A stretch of 64,000 bases of DNA from Malacoraja senta (GCA_038087875.1 CM075989.1:19408001-19472000), one strand, 5' to 3'. Positions 37,566-50,574 are shown, counted from the stretch's first letter. Numbers and translations: made by a program. The notes: a model not told the origin generated them from the sequence alone.

Positions 37566-38584
37566 AAAGGTGTTTATCATTTTCAGAAAACTAATTGATT
37601 TAATCTAAAAACAAGACAATCAGTTAAGCAGCGCGATGTTCAAATCTACTTGGGTTATTAAAGTGTGGAATTTACATTTTAAAACAATCTCAAAAATTCG
37701 TCTTCCCCCTTATTTTGATATTCCGCAGTAAAACTGAGCTGGAGAATATAAATTACTGTTGTTGAATGTATGTGATACGCCAACGTTGGCTGAATGAGTC
37801 AAACTTTGTGAGAACAAAACGGTTATTCTGTTTCACCGTGTTTGATGTATAGGTCCACATACACGGAGATTATCCCGTGTTTAATGTAATGTCTTTTAAA
37901 TGACCTTCCTCCCTTAGCAATGGATGAATTCGGGGCTGGCTGCGTGCTGATATAGGTGGGAAATGTGTTACTGGATAACTAGTTTACTTTACTTGGAAAA
38001 ATGCAAATAAATAAATACTTGGCTATCAACTGCCAAAGCGTTTTACGGAATGCGAGAAATTCCTTGGCTGGGATAGTAATTGTTGAAGGTTTAAAAGGTT
38101 GCAATTTTGTTGTTGTTGCAGAATTTGAAAGGAAACGATAAATGTAATAGTGACGGGGAAAGTATTTAAATAATCGTGAAAAGAAAAATTATATTTAAAC
38201 GTCCAAGTAACCATGAATCCAAGCAGGAAGGGCTGAGAGGGATTTGCGTCAAAGGCAGGCAAATTGGACCACTTCAGCAATAAATGCTGGTCCGCATGCA
38301 CAAATTGGGCCGAAGGGCCTGTTTCCCGCGCTGTATGACTCCATGACTGATATGGAACTGTACACGTCTGTTTCCCTTTACTACTGCACTTTCAATGCTC
38401 TTGCTCAGGAGAAAACATCGAGGAAAATGTTACACGATACAAGACCAGCACCTGCTAATTCTTGTACAAAACCTCCAAATATCAAATGCCCATCCGAGAT
38501 GGGACGGGGAATGATTCATCCCTCAGTATTCAAGTTTCTGTAATAAATTTATGTTGAGCAAATCCATTTCTGGAAGTGGCGGAT

Positions 38585-38790
38585 AAACTCAGCGGGTCGG
38601 GCAGCATCTATGGAGCGTCTGAAGATGGGTTTCAGCCCGAAACGTTGCCTATTTCCTTCGCTCCATAGATGCTGCTGCACCCGCTGAGTTTCTCCAGCTT
38701 TTTTGTGTACCTTCGATTTTCCAGCATCTGCAGTTCCTTCTATAACACAGCATCTATGGAGCGAATGGGCAGGCTGGGTGGGACCCTTCT
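38585..38790. mobile_element. Palindromic/rearranged Penelope-derived element with + strand hammerhead motif (duplicate at ~60891-61096)
   Basis: GTCTGAAGATGGGTTTCAGCCCGAAACGTTGCC. Confidence 0.8.
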
Positions 38791-40828
38791 TCCGACTCAG
38801 TACATTTCAAAGGGATTGGGGTTGTGTGTCCTTTCACCCGATGGACTTTATCAACAGCCCGGTTGTCGACCCGAGCACAATGTAACAGATCACACCTCCA
38901 TAAATAGCAGTTGAATCATTTAAGGCCGCATAAAACCCCCCAATACTTCTAAAAGAAGCGATCAAAAATGTAATGCAAAATAAGTACTAATTCACCATTC
39001 CAAAACTACGGTCCAAGTAGTCTATAAAAGGGGCAGGTCTACTAGCTGGACGTGAAATCGAGAGGAAATTTGCCTTGAAAACTTTTCTACCCGGTAACTC
39101 TCCAGATGTGACATTTTGTTTCCTATTGTTGAGATCCAGAATGAAATACAAATTCTACAGTTTTATAGTAGTTCTCAGAACAGACCCGGCTAATTAATTC
39201 GGGGCCGCGTTGGCGTTGATCGAGGATCTGCGTTAGTTTACAAACACGGTTGTAAGGCAACAGCACGAACAAGTCCTCATCTTAAATGGCAGCACGAACA
39301 AAACGGAAACAGCCATGCTGTAATATCCAACACAAGGACTCATCTACACTCGCAGTTAAGCAATTGTCAATGTTTAAGATGCACAAAGCGGACATGACAA
39401 CGAGATAGGGACCCGAGCATTGTTCAATTAAATAAACCCAGAAAAGAATCGTTTAACTTGAAACATCGGACATAATAATACAGATTCATGAATGGCGAGT
39501 GGGTTGAAAAGCATGGGGCGAGAGTGTGCCATTATTGGTTGCCGCGCTGTTCCCCCAATTAGCCCAGCTACCCCACACTCCTCCCATTAAAACACAAAGG
39601 TCGGTAAGTCAATGAGCATTTTCCCGTGGCAATTAGAGGGCCGACTACTGACAACAGCGGCAACTGAAGGGTTACTTTTTGGAGAGCGTTAACTGGTATC
39701 CAATTCAGAAGCAAGGAGCACATGGTTCTTCCGTAAACCAAGCCGTCATAAGTTTATGTTAAATTGTACGTTTCACAAGAAGACGATTGTGTTCATTCCA
39801 CCTGCCTTGTTGCAAACATAAACACAACATGGCTGTTACTGCGGTCGGCCTGTTGGTTAGTTATTATTGCACTACTTTATCAAGGCTGTGAAACTCCGTG
39901 CGCGCTTAAAACAGGATAGCATTTCAAAGAACCTCAATCAATTTGCAATTATCAACGCGAGCCTCTTTGCGGGTGTACCACACCGATGTAGTGAAGAATG
40001 TGCTGCGAGAACAAAATCGAAAACACGACTCCTCAATCAATAAATGGGACTGAGCAGTTCAGCGTCTCACGCTGTTGCTCAAAGCCATTCAATTATATTT
40101 TAAATGGTTTATTCACCACTAACTTACTGGGTATTCATTTTATCTATTTGTGGAGTGTAATTTGTATCGTAATAAACCATATTTCCATTAAAGTGGCTTC
40201 GTTATCATTGTTTGTTTTTAAAATATCACATATCCTCTCATTTGTTGCTTGGCTACTTCATCGTTGAGTAAGTACCTCTCTCTCAACTAATGCAAGGATC
40301 TCCCATTTCACCCGCACCAGCTAAAGGGGAGAGGTCTACCTTATGGGCCGTCACCACCCTTGTCAACTTGGGTACAGAACTCGGAATAACACCATCAACT
40401 ACTGCACAACTAGCAATCAGAAGAGTAAAGTGATCATTTTGCAACTTGATCTGAAGCATGCATTTGAATCGAGACGAGTTGTATATTCAGTCGGCGCTAC
40501 ATTTTGTACAGGAAAAACCAGTTGTGAATAAAATCGTACGCCTATCACACCCACTAGTCACATTAATTAAGCAATTGTGAAATTTGGAATCATCGAAACT
40601 TGCCATCGCCGATACTGTTATCTTTAACATTGCAATATCGAACAGGGGCCTGCTTCGCATTTTAACCCACAATTTTTACTCAATAACTATACTATATATA
40701 CACCGATACTATAAAAGAAAGCGAATATAACACACTCTAAAGAGGAATACAGCAACATGTCTGAGACACATGCCTGAAAAACAGTTGAACATTGCAGATT
40801 ACAAAATGTTTAGTTCATAAACGATTAC

Positions 40829-40939
<111 letters not shown>

Positions 40940-41494
40940 CGCCAGCGTTCAATACCAAACTTAACACAGTTAATGACTAAAACACATCATCACCGCTTCT
41001 TGGATAAGGAACAAATAGGTTATCATAAGAACCTACTTCTAAAGCAACATCGAAACGCTCGTTTAAAACGCGAGTTCACCATTCAGATCATGTGCTGAGT
41101 GCACTTCGTGTAACCCCAAAAGGTTGTTGACGAAATCTTTATGTACTCTGTTTCAATAACAAATATATCTTAAAAATGAAGAAAAAAATGAATATAAACT
41201 ACGTTTATATTTCCTGCTTTATATATAACTGCTGAACCACTGCAAAACATACTTTGAAATGATAACATGGCAGATCCACACTGGGATACCTATTGCATCT
41301 GATTGTGGGTTGACTCGCACGCTTTTACAACCCTATATTTTAATATCCACCAGCTAAGAAACGGGGGCATACAGCAACCCAGCGCTTTGCAAACCGTGCA
41401 TGCAATTTTAGGATATGGCATGAGTGTGTGAAGTTATCGCTCTGTGCGTTCCATACGCCTTAATAACAGTGTTTTGCAGCAGATACGCGTACAT

Positions 41495-41650
41495 AATAGA
41501 CACAAAAAGCTGGAGTAACAGCGGGTCTGAAGAAGGGTCTCGACCAGAAACGTCACCCATTCCTTCTCTCCAGAGATGCTGCCTGACCCGCTGTTACTCC
41601 AGCTTTTTGTGTCTATCTTCGGTTTAAACCAGCATCTGCAGTCCCTTCCG
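41495..41650. mobile_element. Palindromic Penelope-derived element with + strand hammerhead motif (duplicate at ~63812-63970)
   Basis: GGGTCTGAAGAAGGGTCTCGACCAGAAACGTCACCC, flanked by the direct repeat ACATAAT. Confidence 0.82.
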
Positions 41651-42399
41651 ACATAATTGAACACAATAGTCTCTGTCTGGCTTGTTCAAATTTACACGAG
41701 GAAATCCTTCAGTTGGTTTTCTCATCTTGGTTCAAAGAAACATACCTCAAAATGTGTACATTAAAATATATATATATATACTATTAAACCGTTAACACAT
41801 GATTGAGGTATATTCGCTTTAATTAAATTATTGTAATGAAACGATCAGGAAATGAACGAGACATTACGGGCGCTGTACGTTATGTAGGGCAGTCAAATCG
41901 TCACACGCATCTTTCATCTACTACTTTGTCATTTGTATGCGGGGCATATCTGAAGTAGATATGAAATATTATAAGCTGCCATCTGGCACGTCACTTCCTG
42001 TTTTTAAACCATTCAAAAAAGTTTGCAAGTTTGCCTGTTTCTGTACTTCTTGGAAGCTGGGAGCAGAGTTCATGAATTATATCTCCTGATATCATGTCAA
42101 GCGGGATCATATTGCTTAATCCTTCGTGTACTGGCGCCGCCATCAACCGGCCACTTCTCCACTAATTCTGCTTCCCTCAGTTATAAAACCCCCTTCCCCA
42201 GTTCATACTTTATCTCTGGCTCATACACAAATAGGGTTTAAGATTTTAGTTGGCAGCTTGCATTAAAATAATTCCAATCGTCGCCCCTCCCCCCCCCCTT
42301 GCTATCATCGTTGCTTTACAATTCCATCCTTACTCAGACCATATCAAAACATGTTCTCAGCTTCTCTTCTTTCTCTCCCCCTCCCCACCTCTCTCCCAC

Positions 42400-43250
42400 T
42401 GCACCCCCCCCCCCCCCATGCAGCCCGGATGTTGACTTCTATGTACAAGGGTTGAAATGCGCCGTTCTTTCGCCCTAACACCAGCGTGATGCAGCAATAC
42501 TCTCTGTGTCTCTCTCAGCGTCCACGCCACACACCCCAGCCCGGCCCGGCCCGGCCCAGCCCAGCCAGAGAGCGAGAGGGGCGGGCGGTCGCCCCCGTTG
42601 TAAACGCGGCGGGGTGTCATACACACAAGTGGGAATCCAGCCGATGGCGAATGGCAATCGCGCCCCCCCACCACCTCTTGAATTCCTGCAATGCTGACTT
42701 GACATATACTTACCGAAATCCACGCTAAAAACAAATTTGCAGCCGTTTCGGGGCATGTTGCACCTTTTTTCTAAAAACCCCATCCAGCAATATTCAAATA
42801 TCGGATTTGTTCCAAGGAAAATAGATCTGCATAATTTCAATGGGAAGACGGGCCGCTCTTCCAAGGCCCTTCTCTTGGTCGGAGAAGGGGGAGGGGGAGG
42901 TGCAGAAGGGAGTAGAGGGTTCGGGTGCGGGATGGTTGCTAAAAATAAACTTTCTCAGCTTGTCCGGGAGTCGCCTGTTCGATGCCCGCGGCCGGCTAAT
43001 CACAACACCTCTCCGGCCAGTCCTCTGTACTTTGAGGGAAGGACCAGGCGTCCCCTTGCCCTCTCTCCCCACCTCCCGCCGTCCCATCCTATCTCTCGCC
43101 CTTCTGGCTTTCGAAACCATCGCCGAAAAAAAAATCAAGAAAATAGGAACAAAATTAAGAAAAAAAAAATCAGAGTCCAGCCTTAATCCTTGGCCGTGGG
43201 GTGAAGAGCCTGTTTTGGGGCCAGTATATCCTCGCAATGCCACTTGCATT
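42400..43250. promoter_or_regulatory. CpG-island-like GC-rich region (candidate promoter or regulatory element)
   Basis: High GC and CpG, GGGGCGGG GC box at ~42578-42585, (CCCGG)n and no repeat homology. Confidence 0.5.
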
Positions 43251-45549
43251 CGAATAGCTCTGGTCTGTTATGTACCTCGGTGCCTATGAAAAGGAATCAG
43301 TATGCAAATCGTTCCAGTTACAATCGAAAGGTTCGATCTGTTGGAGTTCACTAACGGAAGCTGATGTCAGCTGTTCCCGGATTAGCCGAGAAATATCCAC
43401 CCAGTCAAATAGGCTTTTAAATTCCTTGTTAATTAAAAAACACAGAATTTGCAACATGTCTCTGCCCCCACCCTCCTGAAGGCCGGATTACCCCTTTAAG
43501 GCAATTATCATTCTGCAGGTGTAATGTGCAATGAGGGTTAGGTGCAGTGGAACAAGCGCTTGCATTTTCTACAGGGCGTTTTTGAACGCCAGCTCCTTTT
43601 CAGAGTCCCTGCACCCGCGAATCCAAACGCTGACCGATCAATATGTGCAGTAAATGAACACAATGGGTGGGGGGAGAAATAGTGTTGCTGTGGTTTCTGG
43701 TTTATCATGTACGCTCTTGCCTCTGTACCTGGCCCAACGTTGCACCACCTCAAACCTGGACAGATACGGCTCTGATAGCCGTAACCTGCAGCCCGTGCCT
43801 TCTGCCATAGGCTAAATTTGGCCCCTGTTGACTCCTCTCCCTACATGACCAGAAATCAAATAAAGATCCGCATGCAATATCGGCGGGCGTGCAGGCGCTC
43901 GCTCAGGCGACAACCCATGCTCTAAACCAGAAACGGCGATTTGAATTTTCCTTTACCACCCCCCCCCTCCCCCATCCCCCACTCATCTTAGTGATATGGG
44001 TGTGTAAATCTGGTGTGGGGTAAAAGATCAACAATGGACCCGGCCTACACAATGTTTGTTATCAAAAGGGATAATTCATTGATTATATTTTAATGTAAAA
44101 AATACTTCTGAGCAAAATCCTTGGTCATTAATATCAAACCTGCCTTTCCCAATCGCTCCTGAAGCCGCACAGTCTTGTAAATTAACCACCCAACGGGCCT
44201 TCCGTTGCAAACGCACCCGGAGCCACCAAGGCGTTTTTAAACAGAAAGTTTTCGATTCAAAAAAGCATCTGATGCAGAAAGCAAAAAAACAACTATTGTG
44301 CATTTTCGCAATAACTCTCCATAAACACCTCTTTTGAAATAACACATTACTTCACAATTGAATTATTGAAATACAATGTATTTTTTACAAATTTTTACAA
44401 TGTGCAGTTGTCACTATATTTGTTTCGTGCTTTTATTAAAGGGTTGGACTGATCACATTCGGGAATTTTACACTTAGCACCTTGCATTTTTACATTTAGC
44501 ATCTACATTTGACATTTTTATTCAAGCAAATAACAGCGGTATTCTCTTTCCGCTGACTGGTTAGTACACGCAACAAAAGCTTTTCACTGTACCTCGCTAC
44601 ACGTGGCAATAAACTCAACTGTAAAACTCTGATCGCGTTTACCATTTTTGCATTTACAATTTGAGGAAATCTCAGTGTTTCTCTATGGCACCCGCTGCAT
44701 TCGCTTGGACGACTAATGTGTACAATGTGGATGGAACCCCGCAGAGCTCTGCTTGCATCGTCCTTGTCCGAGAGCAGGGGCCACAGGTTTAACCTCTTTA
44801 TTGACAACTGACCTATCCACGCAGGGAACACGGAGCCGACATACTGCCAAGCACGCGTCTCCCTTTTTGCTAAGCTAATCGCTTGCAGCGAAGCAGCACA
44901 TCTTAGTAGCCTTACACAATCCATTCTTCTATCAGCAATAACGCAGTTTAAATACGTTCGAAGCCAAACTGCTATGTGTGTGAGACGAGGGCGATTTGTT
45001 TTGATGATTTGTTGGCGTTATAGGTGACTTGCCTTGCCTTTTCGCGGCCGGCATGTTGATTTGGTTCAGTTGCAGCTTATGACTTAGCCCGACCATCTGT
45101 CATTCAATTAACGTTTCGGGGCAGCTGATCTGTAACCAGCGGGGCCAGCGACCCCAGGACAAACCCTAAAGCTGGCGGAGAAAGGCGACTAAAGTTCAAA
45201 TGTTAAACGCCTGGCACTTCGCCGGGGCTGGGCAGGTCAGAACATTTGCCTATGTAAAGCCTGCATCGAGTCCCCCGGGAACACGACACCCGGCCTCGAT
45301 TTAAACCCATTGTAACACTTTGTTCTTGCACATCACACACACACTTTCAGCAAACAACAGATTACAGGATTTGAATCTTTCTTTTAATGCCACCTTTAAA
45401 GATATATTAACTGTGCTGTAGATTGGAGCAACATATTTTCATCCCTCCATTTATGTTACATGGAGTTAATTCTTCTAAACGGAGATACGAGAATCATGTC
45501 CAGAGTGTTTTATTGTCACATATCCTGAAACGGGACGATTAAATTCTAG

Positions 45550-45840
45550 TGTGTAGGAAGGAACCATGCTGGAGTCAACCGAAAATAGACACAAAAAGCT
45601 GGAGTAACTCCGTGGGTCCGGCAGCATCTCTGGATAAAAGGAATAGGTGACGATTCCGGATCGAAACCCTTCTTCAGACTAACTCGCTGAGTTACTCCAG
45701 CTTTTTGTTGTTGTCTATCTTCGATTAAATTCTTATTTGCAGGCGCACAACATATAGGTAAACGCCTATTCTTTTTCTCCAGAGATGCTGCATGACCCAC
45801 TGAGTTACTCCAGCTTTTTGTGTGCATCTTCGATGTAAAC
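45550..45840. mobile_element. Two adjacent Penelope-derived elements
   Basis: Family arms in both orientations. Degenerate minus-strand hammerhead at ~45647-45680. Confidence 0.75.
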
Positions 45841-46179
45841 ATAGTACTCTGTAAACATTACAATAAGCAACAACAAAAGTTCGGTACAGTATATGACCCC
45901 CCCCCCACCAATAATAGTGCAAAGATTAAAAAAAGAATGTCCCCCAAGTCTATGTAGTTCAGAGCTTAGTTGGAGGTTTCAGTGTTTAATAGCCTGGTGT
46001 TTGGGGAAACCGAAAGACTGAATCATTTCAAATTAATTAAACCGATTTGAAAGTGTTTCAGCTGATTTGTCAGAAAGAGGGGAAAAAATGTCCGTCGCCA
46101 TAATCGGAATCCACGTGACTGCATCCTCAGGTGTTAGGCGTCTAATCGTGAAATCAAGCAACACTTAAATATAAACAAA

Positions 46180-46770
46180 AGATAGACACGAAAATGCTGG
46201 AGTGACTCAGAGGGTCATTCAGCATCTCTGGAGAGAAGGACAAGTTAACGTTTCGTGTCGAGACCTTTCTTCAGGCTAGAGTCAGGGGAAAGGGAAACGA
46301 GACTCCTGCACCTATTGTCTCTATATAGGAACGGGGTATTGATTGGGGATGATCAGCCATGATCACATTGAATGGCGGTGCTGGCTCGAAGGGCCGAATG
46401 GTCTATTCCTGCACCTATTGTCTATTGAGTGATATAGACGGTGATGTATAGAGATATCGAACAAATGAATGAAAGATATGCAAAAAAGTAACGATGATAA
46501 AGGAAACGGGCCATTGCTAGCTGTTTGCTGGGTGAGAACAGGAACCTGGTGCGACTTGGGTGGGGGAGGGATGGAGAGAGAGGGAATGCAAGTGTTACTT
46601 GAAGTTAGAGAAATCAATATTCATACCACTGGGGTTGTAAGCTGCCCAAGTGAAATACGAGACGCTGTTCCTCCAATTAGCCAGTAGCCTCGCTCTGACA
46701 ATGGAGGAGGCCTAGGACAGAAAGGTCAGTGTGGGAATGGGAAGGGGAACTAAAGTGTTTGGCAACCGGA
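46180..46770 (-). mobile_element. Penelope-like element 3' end: GIY-YIG C-terminus, 3'UTR and hammerhead-bearing terminal repeat, interrupted by a CR1 tail (~46303-46425)
   Basis: Reverse translation of ~46600-46770 gives PVAKHFSSPSHSHTDLSVLGLLHCQSEATG*LEEQRLVFHLGSLQPQWYEY (frameshift before MNIDFSNF). Downstream lies CTGAAGAAAGGTCTCGACACGAAACGTTA and the family arm. Confidence 0.85.
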
Positions 46771-47037
46771 CAAAGATAAACAGTGTGGAGGATTCCCACA
46801 AAATTTGCACTGTGTGCATGTGTCGTCATTAGGTGATGTTTATCGTGCCGTTGTGTGTTCTGTTAGTCAAACAATCTCTCTTGGCACCAGACGCTGCAGG
46901 AACACACGTCCAACGAGTTTGTTGAGGCTTTCACACAAAAACACCAACAATATATTGAGCTTTCGCTATGATAATTGAACAGCCCTAAAAATTTAACCAG
47001 CGACCGGGTATAAACGACCTACTTTGAAATAAAACAC

Positions 47038-47768
47038 GTGTCGGAAGGAACTGCAGATGCCGGTTTACACCGAAGACAGACACAAAAATGCAGGAGTAAC
47101 TCAGCGGGACAGGCAGCATCTCTGGAGAGAAGGAATGAGTGACGTTGCGGGTCGAGACCCTTCTTCAGACCAAGTCAGGGGGAATGGAAAACGAGAGGCA
47201 TAGATGGTGATATAGAGAGATATAGAACAAATTAACAATGACCCGAAACGTCACCCATTCCTTTTCTCGGGAGATGCTGTCTGACCCGCTGAGTTACTCC
47301 AAAATGTTGTGTCGGTCTTCGGTCTAAACCCCAACCCTAAAATTAAACAAAAGTGCTGGAGAAACTCAGCGGGTGAGGCAGCATCTATGGAGCGAAGGAA
47401 ATAGGCAACGTTTCGGGCCGAAACCCAAGGGTTTCGGCCCGAAACGTTGCCTATTTCCTTCGCTGAGTCTGAAGAAGGGTTTCGGCCCGAAACGTTGCCT
47501 ATTTCCTTCGTTCCATAGATGCTGCCGCACCCGCTGAGTTTCTCCAGCACTTTTGTCTACCTTCGATTTTCCAGCATCTGCAGTTCCTTCTTGAACCTAA
47601 AATTAAACACATGTAATCTACAACCTGACTCAATCTGCATCGCCCTGATTTGAAAATCGACCACTTTTGCCTACTCCTTCTCTCCAGAGATGCTGCCCGA
47701 CCCGCTGAGTTACTCCAGCTTTTTGTGTCTGTCTTCGGTGTAAACCGGCATCTGCAGTTCCTTCCTGC
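47038..47768. mobile_element. Cluster of three Penelope-derived elements (47038-47330, 47345-47592, 47665-47768)
   Basis: Multiple inverted arms. The middle element is flanked by the direct repeat CCTAAAATTAAACA. Confidence 0.85.
47466..47500 (+). ncRNA. Minimal hammerhead ribozyme motif (UUCG-loop subfamily)
   Basis: AGU-CUGAAGA-A-GGGU(UUCG)GCCC-GAAAC-GUU-GCC. Confidence 0.65.
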
Positions 47769-49184
47769 ACTTTTCCCCCCAACATTTGTTTTAACAACAT
47801 ACCCAAATTTTGGGTGTAAAAACAATCGCCCTCGGTGGAAGGCGGATTAAGGTTGCAATGTTGCCGAGAAAAAACCCATTCAGTTTCCATATCCTATTCA
47901 TTCGCCACGATTTTTTTTAGCCTTTCAGCCGTCATTTACTATCTGCATTTATAAGGAAGTGAACATCTTCTTAATGACATGCGATCAAAGCCTTCTCCTC
48001 GAGTACTGAGCCATATCATTATTAATATTCTAAAATACAGCTGGCCTTCGGAAATTCGTAGGATATTATTCAATTTAATAGCTTCTGAAGATATTGAAAA
48101 ATCAGCAGAAATTACTTCAGGTCACGTGGAAGGTCTCACTAGTTTCACTGTCACAAAATCCATCCTGATTCAATATCCCCTCACATCCAATTCTCGGGAT
48201 TGTTAGAATGATAATGCGGGCTCGTTTTAAGCACCTTTGCATTTAGATCTGGACAGCATCACAATCCGCTGGAGAAAGTGAAAGGAAGTTGATAGCGGAG
48301 CATAACTGGAGTCAGAAATGACGGCTTCTCATTACTCGAGAATGAATCCTCATATTGACGTTGGCTCACATGACACAAATGATTGCACTTAGATCCAATT
48401 TTATTGGAACAAACTGTTCTTAATAACCACGGGGAGAAAAAAAAGAAGCAAATCCACGTTTGTCCCATCTCAAGTTCTCATTAATAATATATAATTAAAC
48501 AATTTTTAACTTTAGCAAAGTAAGCGTTTATTAAATCTCGCACTAAGGCTAGATGCAGTGCGTCATATGTACGCCGGGCTGTGAGATAATGTACTCCATA
48601 AGAGCGGAAAGAGGCAAAGGCTGGAAGATATGACTAGAGACTAATTTTCACCGTCTCTCTTTCCACTCTCAAACTACACGGTCCTTCGCAGCTCCAAAGA
48701 CAAGATCATTTCACTGTTAGTTATTGAGCTAATACGAACTTTCATCACTCCGGTTGAATAATACTATGAATGTTTAATTCAAAGTCACTTAGTTTGAATT
48801 ATCTGATAATTCATTTTTAACGCACTGCGTTGGTGCCTTCCTGCGTTATTTATACTACTTCATTCAAGTTACTGAATAATTCACTTTTTAGGGCACCGGG
48901 AGTTTAGAATTATCAGGAGTAGACTATATTTCAAATTGCAGTCATTTGGATTATAACGCCCCACGATATACAGCAAAGCAGATGCTAAGAACTAACAATA
49001 CGTCCAGCACTCCATTACTGGTGCAGTGTGAACGGTTCATAGAAATAACACTTTTCTCTGAAACCTCTTACTAAGACCCAGTTTCTTAACCATTCTCAAC
49101 CTCTTTTTTTTCAGATTGCGACAGCATTTATTGACCAGACTTTATTGACATTGCCCTAGAAATGAATGACTTCCTGGACCTAGA

Positions 49185-49410
49185 AAGACACAAAATGCTG
49201 GAGTAACTCAGCGGGACAGGCAGCATCACTAGAGAGAAGGGATGGGTGACGTTTCGGGTCGAGCCCCTTCTTCAGACTGAACGTCACCCATTCCTCCTCT
49301 CCAGAGATGCAACCGGTCCCGCTGAGTTACGCCAGCATTTTGTGTCTATCATTCGGTTTAAACTGGAGAACATGGATCGGTGATGTTTCTGGTCGCGACC
49401 CTTTTCAGAG
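49185..49410. mobile_element. Palindromic Penelope-derived element with minus-strand hammerhead motif (~49244-49279)
   Basis: GGGTGACGTTTCGGGTCGAGCCCCTTCTTCAGACT followed by the inverted arm. Confidence 0.8.
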
Positions 49411-49466
49411 GTCAGGGAGGTTTCATTGGCAGATGGATGGAGTCAGTGAAAAGGTGTTCAACCACA

Positions 49467-49600
49467 GAGTTGAGTTGAGTTGAGTTTATTGTCACGTGTA
49501 CCGAGGTACAGTGAAAAGCTTTTGTTGCGTGCTAACCAGTCAGCGGAAAGACAATACATGATTACAATTGAGCCATTCACAGTGCACAGATACATGATAA
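49467..49600 (-). mobile_element. Rex1-type LINE 3' end with (GAGTT)n tail
   Basis: GAGTTGAGTTGAGTTGAGTTTATTGTCACGTGTACCGAGGTACAGTGAAAA. Related copies at ~16350 and ~49890. Confidence 0.65.
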
Positions 49601-50112
49601 GTTGACCAGGGATGGGTGTGCATTGTTGACACATGGAGCAGACCAGGAACAGCAGATATCCCCAACTGATTCAATTAGTGAACCAGTTGGGTTTTTACAA
49701 CAATCCTATAGTATGTGTTCATTAGTCATGACTAAAGGTTATTATCTACTTACAATATTTTGCTTATTAACTGTTTAATTTATAAAAATTATGTTAAATG
49801 AAAGGTTATTAACAATTTAAAAATGTCATGTCACGCTGGGATTTGAAATCACATCTCTGGACTGTTCATTCCAGGTAATTGGAATTGGCTTATTATTGTC
49901 CAGTTTACCGAGACACAATGAAAAACTCTTGTTTGCGTGCTATCCCATTGAAGCAAATCATACAATACAAGAGTAAAATACAGCAGGTATTTCATAGAGG
50001 GAGCAGAATATGGTTTTACAGCATTGTAATATTACAGTTACAGAGAAAAGTGCAATGTCCGCAATGTAGGTTGGATTACTAGTGGGGTAATTTAACTGCT
50101 GCCTTAGTACCT

Positions 50113-50292
50113 ACGTGGGTTTCTCCGGGTGCTCCAGTTTCCTCCCACACTCCAACGATGTACAGGTTTGTCGGTTAATTGACTTTGGTAAAATTGTAAA
50201 TTGTCCCTTGTATGTGTGTAGGATAGTGTTAGTGTGCGGGGATCCCTGGTCGGCACGGACTGTATCTTGCTGTATCTCTAAACTAAACTAAA
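50113..50292 (+). mobile_element. V-SINE 3' half
   Basis: GGGTGCTCCAGTTTCCTCCCACACTCCAA core and a (TAAAC)n tail. Confidence 0.8.
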
Positions 50293-50323
50293 AGTACCAT
50301 TACCCAGTAGGGTTGAGATGATG

Positions 50324-50510
50324 GTAGACAAAAGTGCTGGAGAAACTCAGCAGGTGCAGCAGCATCCATGGAGCGAAGGAAATAGGCAATGTTTTGGCCC
50401 GAAACATTGCCTATTTCCTTCGCTCCATAGATGCTGCTGCACTCGCTGAGTTTCTCCAGCACTTTTGTCTACCTTCGATTTTCCAGCATCTGCAGTTCCT
50501 TCTTAAACAA
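50324..50510. mobile_element. Palindromic Penelope-derived element with 15-bp TSD
   Basis: AGGGTTGAGAT(G/A)ATG at 50309-50323 and 50511-50525. Near-perfect inverted arms. Confidence 0.87.
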
Positions 50511-50574
50511 AGGGTTGAGATAATGTTCTGTTTATATTAATGTAAGACTGAGAGACGCGAGTTATAAAGCTGAT

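Noticed and set aside
42357..43289. Several 125-150 aa ORFs as possible ONECUT1 exon 1
   Set aside because: No CUT domain, poly-His tract or Onecut N-terminus. Expected in GC-rich DNA.
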